64,000 bases of DNA from an uncultured Bifidobacterium sp. (GTDB lineage: Bacteria > Acidobacteriota > Vicinamibacteria > Vicinamibacterales > CAVVIG01): contig CAYLTD010000019.1 of NCBI GenBank assembly GCA_964386715.1, forward strand, positions 7,075 to 71,074, in the 5' to 3' direction. The notes under the pieces were generated by a model. It was not told where the DNA came from, ran no database searches, and saw only the letters and a list, made by a program, of their open reading frames with translations. This document shows, piece after piece, positions 36,844 through 46,435 of the stretch (position 1 is its first letter; each line of letters opens with the position of its first letter). Made by a program: the position numbers and the translations under genes.

Positions 36844-39581
36844 GACGCGGTCGTGGCCTTGCGCGCCGCCTTCTTGCGGGCCGTACCGGGCTTCTTCGCG
36901 GTCTTCCCCGAGGCGGCCGCAGACCCGGCCGACTTCCTCGCCGTGCGTGAGCCGCCGGCCCGGCCCCGCTTCGGCCGCGGAGTCGCCGACCGGCGGGCCT
37001 CCAGCAGGTCATGGGCCGCGGCGAAGGTGAGGGTCCCGGGGTCGACCCCCTTCGGCACGGACGCGTTGGTTTCGCCGTCGGTGACGTACGGGCCGTATCG
37101 CCCTTCGAGCACCTGCAACGGCGCGCCGCCGTCGGGACGGGCAATCGCCGCGATCACCTTCTTCACCGCCTGCCGCCGGCGGGAGCGCTTGGGCTCGCTG
37201 AATAGCTGGAGCGCCCTGCCCAGATCGACGGTGAAGAGTTCCTCGTCGCTCTCGAGCGACCGGAAATCGTCGCCGTGCTTCACGTACGGACCAAACCGAC
37301 CGAGCCCGGCCAGCACGGACTGGCCCGTGTCGGGATGGACCCCGAGTTCCCGGGGCAGTTGCAGGAGCCTGAGCGCCTCGTCCAGCGTCACGCTGGCTTC
37401 CGTCATGCCGCCGATCAGGGAGGAACGCTTCGGCTTGTCCTTCGAGCCCTTCTCCGGGGTCTCGCCAAGCTGCACGTAGGCGCCGAACCGACCGTGAATC
37501 GCATAGACGTTCTGCGCGGTCGCGGGATCCACGCCAAGCAGGCGCGGCCCCTCGGCCTTCGCGCGCAGGAGCGCCACGGCCTTGTCGACCGTCAGGTCGG
37601 CCGGAGCCATGGTGTCGGGCAGCGACGCCGTCCTGCCGGGCCCGCCTTCCCCCTGCTGCAGGAACGGTCCGTAGCGCCCAATCCGGACGCGGATCGGCTC
37701 GCCCGACTCCGGCTCGGTGCCAACGTCGATGAGCGGGTAGTCTGCGCGCTCCTCTGCCTGGCGCACCGCGTCTTCGAGGCCGCGATGGCTCGCATCGCCG
37801 CGGTAGAACTCCTCGATGAAGTGCAGCCAGTCGCGCTCGCCACGTGAGATCTGGTCGAGGTCCTCTTCCATCTCGGCCGTGAACTCGAAGTCGACGAGGT
37901 CATCGAAATGAGCACGCAGCAGCCGAGTCACGGCGAAGGCCGTGAAGCTCGGCACGAGTGCCTTCCCCTGGCGGAAGACGTATCCGCGGCGCTCGATCGT
38001 CCCGATCGTGGCAGCGTAGGTCGAGGGTCGACCGATACCCAGCCGCTCGAGTTCCTTGATGAGCGAGGCTTCCGTGAAGCGTGCGGGCGGCGAGGTGTCG
38101 TGACGCTTCGACGTAAGCGACAGCAGTGCGACCTCGTCGGGTCGAGGGGCCGCGGCTGCCGTCGCCACGACTCGCGCTCCAACCGCGAGCTTGGGCAGCA
38201 CCGTTTCCTGGTCTTCGAGTTCGGCTGTCGGGTCGTCGCTGCCTTCGACGTACGCCCGGCGAAAGCCTGCGAACTCAATCGCCTTGCCCGATGCCGCGAA
38301 CACGGCCGGCTCCCCGTTGGTGCCGGTCCCGGTGATTTCGACGGTGGTGCGCAGCACCCGCGCATCGACCATCTGCGACGCCATGGTCCGCTTCCAGATG
38401 AGGTCGTACACGCGCAGGTCGTCGCCGTCGAGGCCGACCGCCTGCGGGGTCGCGGCGAAGTCGGCCGGCCGGATCGCCTCGTGCGCTTCCTGGGCGTTCT
38501 TGACCTTGGTCGCGTAGCGCCGCGGACCGGCGTGGTACGCCTCACCGAACATGTCGCGGATGGCCGCCGCCGATTCGGCCAGCGCCTTCTCGCTGAGCGT
38601 CGTCGAGTCGGTCCGGTGGTACGAGATGTGGCCGTCCTGGAAGAGGCGCTGGGCCGCCTGCATCGTGCGCTCGGTGGAGAATCCGAGCTTTCGGCTGGCC
38701 TCCTGCGTGAGGGTCGAGGTCGTGAAGGGCGGCGCCGGGCGTTCGACGCCGGGCTTCTCTTCGACCGACGTGACGGTCCAGGGCAGGTTCGTTCGCAGCG
38801 CGGCGACGAGAGCCTCCGCGTCCGCCTGCGAAACGACCCGGGTGTGACGGCCGATGAAGCGGCCGCTCGAATCGAAGTCCTTGCCGCTGGCGACCCGCTC
38901 GCTGCCGACCCGGACCAGCGTGGCCCCGAACTCGCGCCCGTCGCCCGACAGCCGAGCCTCGAGGTCCCAGTAAGTGGCCGTGCGAAACGCCAGCCGCTCT
39001 TCTTCGCGGTCCACGATCAGCCGGACCGCGACGCTCTGGACGCGTCCGGCGCTCAGGCCGGTCTGCACCTTCTTCCAGAGCACCGGCGACAGCGTGTAGC
39101 CATACAACCGATCGAGAATCCGGCGGCTCTCCTGTGCCCGCACGAGATTTTCGTTGACGTCCTGCGCGTCCTGCACCGCTTCGCGAATCGCGGATTCGGT
39201 GATCTCGTGGAACACGATGCGCTTGACCGGCACCTTCGGCTTGAGCACCTCCTTGAGATGCCAGCTGATCGACTCGCCTTCGCGGTCCGGGTCGGTCGCG
39301 AGGAACACGGCGCTGGCGTTCTTCAGGGCAGCCTTCAGCGCCTGCACGTGTTTCTTCTTGTCGTTCGGGACGACGTAGTAGGGCTTGAAGTCGTTGTCGG
39401 TATCGACGCCCAGACGCCCCCACTTCTTCTTGCGAATCTCGTCGGGGATTTCGTCGGCGGACTCCGGCAGATCCCGGACGTGCCCGTAACTGGCCTGGAT
39501 GTCGTAGTCGCGGCTATCCAGGAACCGCTGGATCGTCCGGGCCTTGGCCGGTGATTCCACAATGACGAGTGTCTTTGCCAT
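36840..39581 (-). CDS. topA: DNA topoisomerase I
   Basis: MAKTLVIVESPAKARTIQRFL is the Toprim start. DPDREGE is present, and the active-site region reads ISYHRTDST. A long basic C-terminal tail follows. Confidence 0.95.
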   Translation of the reverse strand: MAKTLVIVESPAKARTIQRFLDSRDYDIQASYGHVRDLPESADEIPDEIRKKKWGRLGVDTDNDFKPYYVVPNDKKKHVQALKAALKNASAVFLATDPDREGESISWHLKEVLKPKVPVKRIVFHEITESAIREAVQDAQDVNENLVRAQESRRILDRLYGYTLSPVLWKKVQTGLSAGRVQSVAVRLIVDREEERLAFRTATYWDLEARLSGDGREFGATLVRVGSERVASGKDFDSSGRFIGRHTRVVSQADAEALVAALRTNLPWTVTSVEEKPGVERPAPPFTTSTLTQEASRKLGFSTERTMQAAQRLFQDGHISYHRTDSTTLSEKALAESAAAIRDMFGEAYHAGPRRYATKVKNAQEAHEAIRPADFAATPQAVGLDGDDLRVYDLIWKRTMASQMVDARVLRTTVEITGTGTNGEPAVFAASGKAIEFAGFRRAYVEGSDDPTAELEDQETVLPKLAVGARVVATAAAAPRPDEVALLSLTSKRHDTSPPARFTEASLIKELERLGIGRPSTYAATIGTIERRGYVFRQGKALVPSFTAFAVTRLLRAHFDDLVDFEFTAEMEEDLDQISRGERDWLHFIEEFYRGDASHRGLEDAVRQAEERADYPLIDVGTEPESGEPIRVRIGRYGPFLQQGEGGPGRTASLPDTMAPADLTVDKAVALLRAKAEGPRLLGVDPATAQNVYAIHGRFGAYVQLGETPEKGSKDKPKRSSLIGGMTEASVTLDEALRLLQLPRELGVHPDTGQSVLAGLGRFGPYVKHGDDFRSLESDEELFTVDLGRALQLFSEPKRSRRRQAVKKVIAAIARPDGGAPLQVLEGRYGPYVTDGETNASVPKGVDPGTLTFAAAHDLLEARRSATPRPKRGRAGGSRTARKSAGSAAASGKTAKKPGTARKKAARKATTAS

Positions 39582-39598
39582 CTCTCTGACCTGTCACC

Positions 39599-40675
39599 CT
39601 AGCACGTTCTGTCAAACCGGACGAAACAGCCGCCCGGCACCCGACCGACCCTGCCGGCGAGTTCCAGTTCGAGCAGGCGCGCGAGCACCAGATGTGGGGA
39701 CATGCCAGTTTTGGCCGAAATTACCGCCAAATCGACGGCTTCCCCGACCTCCATGGCCGACAGACACGGGTCCGGCGGGCCGGTCGCCTCCGGACTCGGC
39801 CTGCCCGTGCCTGCGCGGTCCAGCCCGGCTTCTTCCAGGATGTCCGCCGCACACTCGACGAGGCGGGCCCCGTCCCTCAGAAGCGCGTGCCCGCCCCGAT
39901 TGCGTCCACCGAGCACAGCGCCTGGAACCACGCACACCTCTCGTCCCTGATCGAGCGCGCAGCGTGCGGTGATGAGCGACCCGCTCCGTTCTCCTGCCTC
40001 CACGACCACCACGGCGGTTACCAGCCCGCTGATGAGTCGGTTGCGACGCGGGAAGAATTCCGGACGCGGCCATGTTCCCGGGAGGAACTCGCTCACGATC
40101 GCGCCGTTGGCCTGGACCGCCGCGGCCAGGTCGCGGTGTTCCGCCGGGTAGATGACGTCCGCCCCGCACCCGAGGACGGCCACGGTGCCCCCGGAGCCGG
40201 AGAGTGCGCCCCGATGGGCCGCGGCATCAACCCCACGCGCGAGACCGCTCACGACAGCGACCCCGGCTGCCGACAGGTCGGCCGCCAGCCGCTCGGCGAC
40301 CGTGAGTGCATAAGAGGTGGCCGCGCGGGAGCCGACCAGGGCGACCGAGGGCTCGTGCAGTCGGCGGGGCTCGCCTGAGACCCAGAGCACGGGCGGGGGA
40401 TCGGCGATCTCGCGCAACAGCGCCGGATAGTGCGGATCACCCCATCCAACGGCGTCCAGGTTCAGTGCGCCGGCCTCGGCGAGTGCCCGAGCTGCGCGGG
40501 TGAGCAACTGACCCGGATCGGTCCAGGCGGGCCGCCGCGGCAGGCCCGCGCCCTCGGCGCAGTGCTCGGTCAGAATGTGTCGAGGCGACACTCCGCGTCG
40601 CAGATCGCACGCGACACGTGGCCAGCGCGTCAGCGGCAGGAGCGACAAGGCGGCCAGTTCAACCGCAACCGGCAT
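39599..40675 (-). CDS. dprA: DNA processing protein DprA (Smf)
   Basis: From ATG 40675 the product contains ...VALVGSRAATSYALTVAERLAADLSAAGVAVVSGLARGVDAAAHRGAL...GGTVAVLGCGADVIYP.EH..L......GA.VSEF.PG......FP.RNR.ISGL. The ORF-track extension up to 41521 lacks coding character. Confidence 0.88.
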   Translation of the reverse strand: MPVAVELAALSLLPLTRWPRVACDLRRGVSPRHILTEHCAEGAGLPRRPAWTDPGQLLTRAARALAEAGALNLDAVGWGDPHYPALLREIADPPPVLWVSGEPRRLHEPSVALVGSRAATSYALTVAERLAADLSAAGVAVVSGLARGVDAAAHRGALSGSGGTVAVLGCGADVIYPAEHRDLAAAVQANGAIVSEFLPGTWPRPEFFPRRNRLISGLVTAVVVVEAGERSGSLITARCALDQGREVCVVPGAVLGGRNRGGHALLRDGARLVECAADILEEAGLDRAGTGRPSPEATGPPDPCLSAMEVGEAVDLAVISAKTGMSPHLVLARLLELELAGRVGRVPGGCFVRFDRTC

Positions 40676-40849
40676 CACACACCCCGGCGGCACAGGCGTG
40701 CGGCGACCGCACGACCGTCCGCGTCGATGCGGGGCCCGACCGTGCTCAGTATAGGGCTGGCTCGTGCTCGCGTGAGGACACTCCCGAAACCGCGCACAGA
40801 GGGTGGGCGTCATATGTGTGCAGACAGGCCGTTTCTGCTGCGTCCGCCG

Positions 40850-40865
40850 TGGCACCCTGCTTGCT
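40850..40865 (+). promoter_or_regulatory. -24/-12 (sigma-54-type) promoter, perfect consensus
   Basis: TGGCAC-CCTGC-TTGCT equals TGGCAC-N5-TTGCW exactly. It lies 78 nt upstream of ATG 40943, in the divergent dprA/TPR gap. Confidence 0.7.
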
Positions 40866-40942
40866 CGTCCCGAGGCGATTGTTCGCGCCAAAGCCTTGCT
40901 CGGCCTGATCCGAGTGGCTATAGTGAGGTCACAATCCACGCC

Positions 40943-41302
40943 ATGCGCCATACGCGGTTGCTCGCACCCTCGACGCTTCTCGCAGTGCTCATCGCCGCGA
41001 GCCCTGCGTTTGCCGACGCGCGCAGCGAAGCCAAGTCCCATGTGGAGTTCGGCATCGACGTCGCGCAGCGTGGCCTGTGGCGCGAAGCCATCTACCGCTG
41101 GGAGCGTGCCCTCGAGATCGACCCCACGTACGCTGCCGCCCTGAACAACCTGGCGGTCGCCTACGAGCACGAAGGACAACTGGACAAGGCGCGAAAGGCG
41201 TACGAGCGCGCACTCGAAATCGACCCCAACAACGCGCAGATCCGGCAGAACTACGAACTGTTCAAGGAAATCAATGACCGCTCTGCTGCCGAGGACAAGT
41301 AG
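40943..41302 (+). CDS. Small secreted TPR-repeat protein
   Basis: ATG 40943 gives MRHTRLLAPSTLLAVLIAASPAFADA (signal peptide). Two TPR units follow: WREAIYRWERALEIDPTYAAALNNLAVAYEHEGQLDKARKAYERALEIDPNNA. Confidence 0.75.
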   Translation: MRHTRLLAPSTLLAVLIAASPAFADARSEAKSHVEFGIDVAQRGLWREAIYRWERALEIDPTYAAALNNLAVAYEHEGQLDKARKAYERALEIDPNNAQIRQNYELFKEINDRSAAEDK

Positions 41303-42101
41303 GTCGCGGCTCGCGCTCAGTGCCGTAGCGGCCATCGCGGCCACCACTTTGGCGTGCGGTCCTACCTCCTTCGAAATCCCGATTGAAACACCGCTCCAGC
41401 CCAAGCTCGATATCAGCGCGTTCCAGCGCGTGCTCATCGCCGGCTTCGTCGCGGGCGGCAGCGAGGATGTGGACACGAACCAGGAGACGGTGCGGCTGCT
41501 TCGGAGCCAGCTGCGCTCCAAATCGTCGCTCCGGGTGATTGACGCGGACGTGATGCCGTTGATGCAGATCGCGCAGGAACAGAGCCGGCCCGAGCCGGCC
41601 GGAGTCGTGGCGAGCCGCGACGGCGGGGCTGCCGGTGCACCGGCACCGATGCTCGCGCTGCCCGAACGGATCCGCGAGGAAAAGGATCTCGAGCCCTACG
41701 AGCGCCTGTTCGCGAACACCGCCTACTGGAAGCGTATCGGCGAGGAATACCAGAACCCCCTCATCGTCACCGGCACGGTGCTGTTCACTCCCCACACCCG
41801 GTCCGGGTTCGTGTCGCGCGACGTCGAGCAGTACGACTCGTTCGGCCGCCGGCGTGTGACGCCGGTTCGCACGTACATGGAGCGGAAGGGATTCATCCTC
41901 CGTCCGAAGTTCGTGTTCATCGACGGTCGATCCGGCGCCACGATGTATTCGGAGAGCTACAGGGAAGAGGTGCTCTACAACGCCCAGCAGACGACGCCGG
42001 CTCTGTCGTCCTATTTCGAACTGATGGACCGGCTGGTACCCAACTTCCTCAGCACGCTCAGCAGCCAGAAGGTGCGCGGGTCGCGCGTCCTGCTGAAGTG
42101 A
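41274..42101 (+). CDS. Hypothetical lipoprotein
   Basis: MTALLPRTSRSRLALSAVAAIAATTLACG (lipobox). It overlaps the end of the TPR gene by 29 nt on the same strand. I recognise no family. Confidence 0.6.
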   Translation: MTALLPRTSRSRLALSAVAAIAATTLACGPTSFEIPIETPLQPKLDISAFQRVLIAGFVAGGSEDVDTNQETVRLLRSQLRSKSSLRVIDADVMPLMQIAQEQSRPEPAGVVASRDGGAAGAPAPMLALPERIREEKDLEPYERLFANTAYWKRIGEEYQNPLIVTGTVLFTPHTRSGFVSRDVEQYDSFGRRRVTPVRTYMERKGFILRPKFVFIDGRSGATMYSESYREEVLYNAQQTTPALSSYFELMDRLVPNFLSTLSSQKVRGSRVLLK

Positions 42102-42166
42102 CGACGCCAGCGCGCTCGGCGCCGGACGGTTCCCGGGCAGCACCCGGCCGATAGGCCAGCAGACCG

Positions 42167-42694
42167 ATGATGGGCCTGACCGTGGGGCGTCGTTCTCTCG
42201 CCGGCATCGCGGCAGCGCTGACGCTGAGTGCCGGCTGCACCTCCTTCTCTCCGTCCGCGCCAAGTTCCACGCTCGCAGTTCCCGCCGTCTCGCCTGCAGC
42301 TCCCGGCACCATCGGTGGGCTCGAGGCCACGCTGTCGTTCTGTGCCAGCGAGATCAACCGCTACCGCGCCGCCGCTGGAGTCGGACCGCTGGCCCGCTCT
42401 GGCGCCCTCGAAGCCTTCGCGGCAGCCGCCATCGAGTACGACCACAAGGCCCGGCTGCCGCACGCCTACTTCACGACCACCAACGGTGGCAACGGCGTCT
42501 CCCGTGCGCAGAATCAGCTGCTGCTCTGGAAGGGCTACGCGGTGAACGAGGTGATTCGCCTCGGCCTGGCACGCATGTGGGCCGAGGGGGAGCAGGGATC
42601 GCACCGACAGACCATGACCGGTCCGTACACGGAAGTAGGCTGCGGGGTGTTCCTGTCGGGCACCGAAGTGAGCGTCAGCCAGGACTTCCGGTAA
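42167..42694 (+). CDS. CAP/SCP/PR-1-like domain lipoprotein
   Basis: Lipobox LTLSAGC. The CAP-like blocks read NRYRAAAGVGPL....LE.FA...A......H, then GEN-like and WAEGEQGSHRQTM...YTEVGCGV. Confidence 0.65.
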   Translation: MMGLTVGRRSLAGIAAALTLSAGCTSFSPSAPSSTLAVPAVSPAAPGTIGGLEATLSFCASEINRYRAAAGVGPLARSGALEAFAAAAIEYDHKARLPHAYFTTTNGGNGVSRAQNQLLLWKGYAVNEVIRLGLARMWAEGEQGSHRQTMTGPYTEVGCGVFLSGTEVSVSQDFR

Positions 42695-42766
42695 CAGGTG
42701 GTTGTCCCGGGCGCCAGCGGCCCGGGGTCGAACCAGCGGCCGGTCCAGGCGCACCTCAGGTTTTGC

Positions 42767-42796
42767 TTGGCACTGCTGCCCCGCAGGTTGTACACT
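42767..42796 (+). promoter_or_regulatory. Sigma-70-like promoter candidate for rplU-rpmA (TTGGCA-18 nt-TACACT)
   Basis: The hexamers are read directly from the sequence. An AGGTG Shine-Dalgarno lies 7 nt before ATG 42821. Confidence 0.35.
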
Positions 42797-42820
42797 CCAT
42801 CCTTTGCACAGGTGTCGAAT

Positions 42821-43135
42821 ATGTACGCAATCGTTCAGACCAGCGGTCGTCAGGTGAAGGTCACTCCCGGTGCTGTCGCGCTCGTGGACGGCACGGCGGG
42901 AGAACCCGGCGCGGAACTGACGCTGGAACAGGTGCTGCTCGTCGAGAAGGACGGCGGCGAGGTGGTCGCGGGCGCGCCGTTCGTGGCCAACGCCAAGGTG
43001 CTGGCCGTCGTCGAAGGCGAGGCGCGCGGGCCGAAGATTCGCGTGTTCAAGAAGAAGCGTCGGAAGGGCATGCGCCGGACCAAGGGCCATCGCGCGACGT
43101 TCACGCGGCTCCGCATCAAGGACATCGTTCTCTAG
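42821..43135 (+). CDS. rplU: 50S ribosomal protein L21
   Basis: MYAIVQTSGRQVKV.PG.......L......G....L..VLLV.......G.P......V.A.V......G.KI.VFK.KRRK...R..GHR...T.L.I..I. Confidence 0.93.
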   Translation: MYAIVQTSGRQVKVTPGAVALVDGTAGEPGAELTLEQVLLVEKDGGEVVAGAPFVANAKVLAVVEGEARGPKIRVFKKKRRKGMRRTKGHRATFTRLRIKDIVL

Positions 43136-43144
43136 GTTTCAGAC

Positions 43145-43408
43145 ATGGCTCACAAGAAAGGTCAGGGCAGTTCCCGCAACGGTCGCGATTCCAACTCGCA
43201 GCGGCTGGGCGTGAAGCGGCACGACGGCAACGTCGTGACCGGAGGCAGCATCATCGTGCGCCAGCGCGGCCGCCGGTTCCGCCCGGGGCTGAACGCCGGC
43301 ATCGGCAAGGACGATACGATCTTCGCGAAGGTCGACGGCCGTGTACGTTTCGAGGACCACGGCGCGAAGGGGCGTGTCATCAGCATCCTTCCGCTCGAGC
43401 AGGCGTAG
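43145..43408 (+). CDS. rpmA: 50S ribosomal protein L27
   Basis: [55 protein letters not shown]...G.V.F. Confidence 0.95.
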   Translation: MAHKKGQGSSRNGRDSNSQRLGVKRHDGNVVTGGSIIVRQRGRRFRPGLNAGIGKDDTIFAKVDGRVRFEDHGAKGRVISILPLEQA

Positions 43409-43537
43409 TCCCCCAGACACGCACTCGGATCAGGTCAGCCGTCCGGTTCCCTCCTCAGCGCCGGTCTGCGCACCGTTGTTGCAGCGGAATCCAGCAGATG
43501 GTGGAGTTGGCCAGGCGGCGCCCGACCAGATGATCTG

Positions 43538-44617
43538 ATGTTCGTCGACGAAGTAGACATCCACGTCACGGCGGGCCACGGCGGGCGCGGGTGTCTGGCG
43601 TTCCGGCGCGAGAAGTACGTGCCCCGCGGCGGCCCAAGCGGCGGCGACGGCGGCCACGGCGGCTCGGTGTTCGTAGTCGCCAGCCCGCACCTCAACACCC
43701 TGATCAACTTCCGCTACCATCCGGAGTTCGACGCCGAACGCGGAGGGCACGGCGAGGGTTCCAACCGCACCGGCCGGAACGGCCGCGACCTGGAGTTGCA
43801 GGTTCCGGTGGGCACCCTCGTGTACGACCGCACCGGAGCGGCGGATACCCCCCGGCTGATCGCGGACCTCTCGCATGCCGGCGACCGCGTGCTCGTGGCC
43901 AAGGGCGGACGCGGGGGCCTGGGCAACGCGCACTTCGCCACCTCGACCAACCGTGCGCCGCGCAAGGTGCAGCCCGGCGAGGCCGGGGAAGAGAAGTACC
44001 TCCGCCTGGAACTGAAACTGCTCGCAGACGTGGGGCTGGTAGGCTTCCCCAACGCGGGCAAGTCGACGCTGATCTCCCGCATCTCCGCCGCCCGACCGAA
44101 GATCGCCGACTACCCGTTCACGACACTGACGCCGAATCTCGGTGTCGTCGGCCTCAGCGACGACCGCAGCTTCGTCGTGGCAGACGTTCCCGGCCTCATC
44201 GAGGGCGCGCATCGCGGCCTGGGCCTCGGGCATCAGTTCCTGCGCCATCTGGAGCGAACCAAGGTACTGATCCATCTGATCGATGTATCGGGCGCCACAG
44301 GGCGCGACCCGATCGAGGACATGGACACCGTACGGCGGGAGCTGGAGCTGTTCGATGCCCAGCTGGCTGGCAAGCCGCAACTGGTCGCCGCGAACAAGAT
44401 AGATGCGCTCGATGACGAGGCGCGTGCCGTGGCCGTGGAGACGCGGGCGCGCGCGCTCGGGCTGCCCTTCTTCCGCATCTCGGGTGTCACCGGTGTCGGG
44501 GTTCCTGCGCTGCTCGAGGCAGCATGGCGGGAACTGGTGACGGCGCGTGACGCCCAATCGGCCCAGCTCCACCTTCCACCCGACGACGAGAACGCCGGGA
44601 GCGCCTCACACGAATGA
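43538..44617 (+). CDS. obg: GTPase Obg/CgtA
   Basis: [44 protein letters not shown] is the Obg fold. The G-domain motifs are [10 protein letters not shown] and [20 protein letters not shown]. Confidence 0.95.
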   Translation: MFVDEVDIHVTAGHGGRGCLAFRREKYVPRGGPSGGDGGHGGSVFVVASPHLNTLINFRYHPEFDAERGGHGEGSNRTGRNGRDLELQVPVGTLVYDRTGAADTPRLIADLSHAGDRVLVAKGGRGGLGNAHFATSTNRAPRKVQPGEAGEEKYLRLELKLLADVGLVGFPNAGKSTLISRISAARPKIADYPFTTLTPNLGVVGLSDDRSFVVADVPGLIEGAHRGLGLGHQFLRHLERTKVLIHLIDVSGATGRDPIEDMDTVRRELELFDAQLAGKPQLVAANKIDALDDEARAVAVETRARALGLPFFRISGVTGVGVPALLEAAWRELVTARDAQSAQLHLPPDDENAGSASHE

Positions 44618-45318
44618 TGTCCCGACGCATCGGCCTCCTCGGCGGCACTTTCGACCCGATCCACATGGGTCATCTCGATGTCGGCCGACTGGCACAGCTT
44701 GCCCTGGGTCTTCAGGAAGTGCTGGTCATCCCGGCCAACGTCCCGCCACATCGGCCGAAGCCGCTCATATCCAGCTTCCACCGGTTTGCGATGGTGGCAC
44801 TTGCGGTGGCCGGTCGCGAGGGGTGGCGAGCCTCGGACGTGGAACTGCGCCACGAGGCTCCGTCCTATACCGTGACAACGCTGCAGCGGTTTCACGAGCG
44901 CGGGTACGCGCCGACCGAACTGCACTTCCTGATTGGCGCCGATGCGTTCATCGACATTGCCAAGTGGCGCGACTACCCCCGGCTGCTGGACCGGGCGCAC
45001 TTCGTGGTGGTCTCGCGACCGGGCTGCCCGGCCTCGAACCTCCCGCAGGCCCTGCCCACGCTCGCCTCGCGCATGGTCCGCCCCGGAACCGAGCCGTCGA
45101 CACCATCGATATTCCTGATCGACGGGGACACGGCCGACGTGTCATCCACCGCCATTCGCCGCCTGCTGGGCGCGGGCGAACGCGTCGAGGGCATGGTGGA
45201 CCCGCGCGTGCTGCAACACATTGAGCAGCATGGGCTCTATCGCGCATTCACTTCGGAGCGGCGAGGCGTGCCGATCACGCCGCCGGCCGCGGCAGGCAGG
45301 TTGCATGGCGAAGACTGA
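44614..45318 (+). CDS. nadD: Nicotinate-nucleotide adenylyltransferase
   Basis: [17 protein letters not shown] and SYT..TL...IGAD....I..W, plus the ISST-like ...VSSTAIR. The start overlaps the obg stop (ATGA). Confidence 0.9.
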   Translation: MMSRRIGLLGGTFDPIHMGHLDVGRLAQLALGLQEVLVIPANVPPHRPKPLISSFHRFAMVALAVAGREGWRASDVELRHEAPSYTVTTLQRFHERGYAPTELHFLIGADAFIDIAKWRDYPRLLDRAHFVVVSRPGCPASNLPQALPTLASRMVRPGTEPSTPSIFLIDGDTADVSSTAIRRLLGAGERVEGMVDPRVLQHIEQHGLYRAFTSERRGVPITPPAAAGRLHGED

Positions 45319-45733
45319 GAAACCACAGGCCGACCCGCCCACGGAGAAACCTGCACGCCGCAGGAGGGCGCCCCGCCTGCCGACGCAGGTGTTGCGCGCA
45401 GTGCAGGCGGCCGAGGACAAGAAGGCGGTCGACCTCGTGGTGCTGGACCTCCGGAAGGCCGGGGGCTTCACCGACTTCTTCGTCATCTGCTCCGGTACGA
45501 ACAGCCGCCAGATTCGCGCGATCGCCGATGGCATCGAAGAAGCCCTTGCCGCCGAGGGCGAGAAGCCGGCCCACGTCGAGGGTTACGACCGCTCGGAGTG
45601 GGTGCTGCTCGATTACTTCGACTTCATCGTCCACGTCTTCTCGCCGGAGACCCGGGCCTTTTACGGCCTCGAGCGGCTCTGGGGAAACGCGGAGATGGTC
45701 GGACGCGGCGAATCAGCCTCTCCTTCAGCCTGA
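45305..45733 (+). CDS. rsfS: Ribosome silencing factor RsfS (iojap)
   Basis: ATG 45305 gives MAKTEK.... Later blocks read DKKAVDLVVLDLRK.GGFTDFFVICSGTNSRQIRAIAD.I and WVLLDYFDFIVHVF....R.FY.LE.LW. Confidence 0.88.
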   Translation: MAKTEKPQADPPTEKPARRRRAPRLPTQVLRAVQAAEDKKAVDLVVLDLRKAGGFTDFFVICSGTNSRQIRAIADGIEEALAAEGEKPAHVEGYDRSEWVLLDYFDFIVHVFSPETRAFYGLERLWGNAEMVGRGESASPSA

Positions 45734-45757
45734 CATCGTCCGGCCGCGCGGGCTGCC

Positions 45758-46435
45758 GTGATGCAGGCGGCCCGCGAGTGGCTGGATGCGCTTCTCGCTG
45801 TCACCTTCGCGCCGCTCTGCGCGGCGTGCGACGCACCCCTGCGTGCTCCGACGCGCGGCTGTGTGTGCGGGGACTGCTGGGAGGGCATCACACCCGACGT
45901 CCCGCCTGCACACGACATCCTCGCGGCATTCGGGGGCGTCGTGCGAAGCGGCGCCTCCGCGGGGGTGTACGAAGGCTCGCTGCGAGCGATCATCCAGGCC
46001 CTCAAGTACGACGGGCGTCGATCGCTGGCGCGGCCCCTCGGCCAGCGGATGCGTGCGGCGAGCCACCCGCTGCTCGTGGGCGCCAGCGCGGTGGTGCCAG
46101 TGCCCCTTCACCGTTCCCGCCGGCGGGAGCGCGGCTTCAACCAGGCGGCCGACCTCGCCGCTCATTTGGGGCCGCCTGTCGTCCATGCACTGGCACGGGC
46201 CAGGCGGACTCAGCCCCAGGCCGGCCTGACGGCGGACGAGCGGCGCGCGAACGTCGCAGGCTCGTTTGTCGGAACGAGGGCGGCCGCCGAACTGGGGGGC
46301 GCTGCAGTCGTGCTGGTGGATGACGTGTGGACCACGGGGGCGACTCTGGGCACCTGCGCGCGCGTGCTCCTCGAAGCGGGCGCGCGGGAGGTGCGGGTCG
46401 TTACCGCAGCCCGAGTCGCGCCATCGTCGCGGTGA
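45758..46435 (+). CDS. comF: ComF family protein (phosphoribosyltransferase-type, ComFC-like)
   Basis: The N-terminal Cys pairs read CAACD....C..C. Then LKY.GRR.LA..L, VPVPLH..R...RGFNQA..LA, and the PRT motif VVLVDDVWTTGATL. Confidence 0.8.
   Translation: MMQAAREWLDALLAVTFAPLCAACDAPLRAPTRGCVCGDCWEGITPDVPPAHDILAAFGGVVRSGASAGVYEGSLRAIIQALKYDGRRSLARPLGQRMRAASHPLLVGASAVVPVPLHRSRRRERGFNQAADLAAHLGPPVVHALARARRTQPQAGLTADERRANVAGSFVGTRAAAELGGAAVVLVDDVWTTGATLGTCARVLLEAGAREVRVVTAARVAPSSR

Noticed and set aside
42768-42785. TGGCAC upstream of rplU as a sigma-54 -24 element.
   Set aside because: The -12 position reads CCCC instead of TTGC. The same bases fit a sigma-70 -35 (TTGGCA) with TACACT 18 nt downstream, which is more sensible for a ribosomal protein operon.
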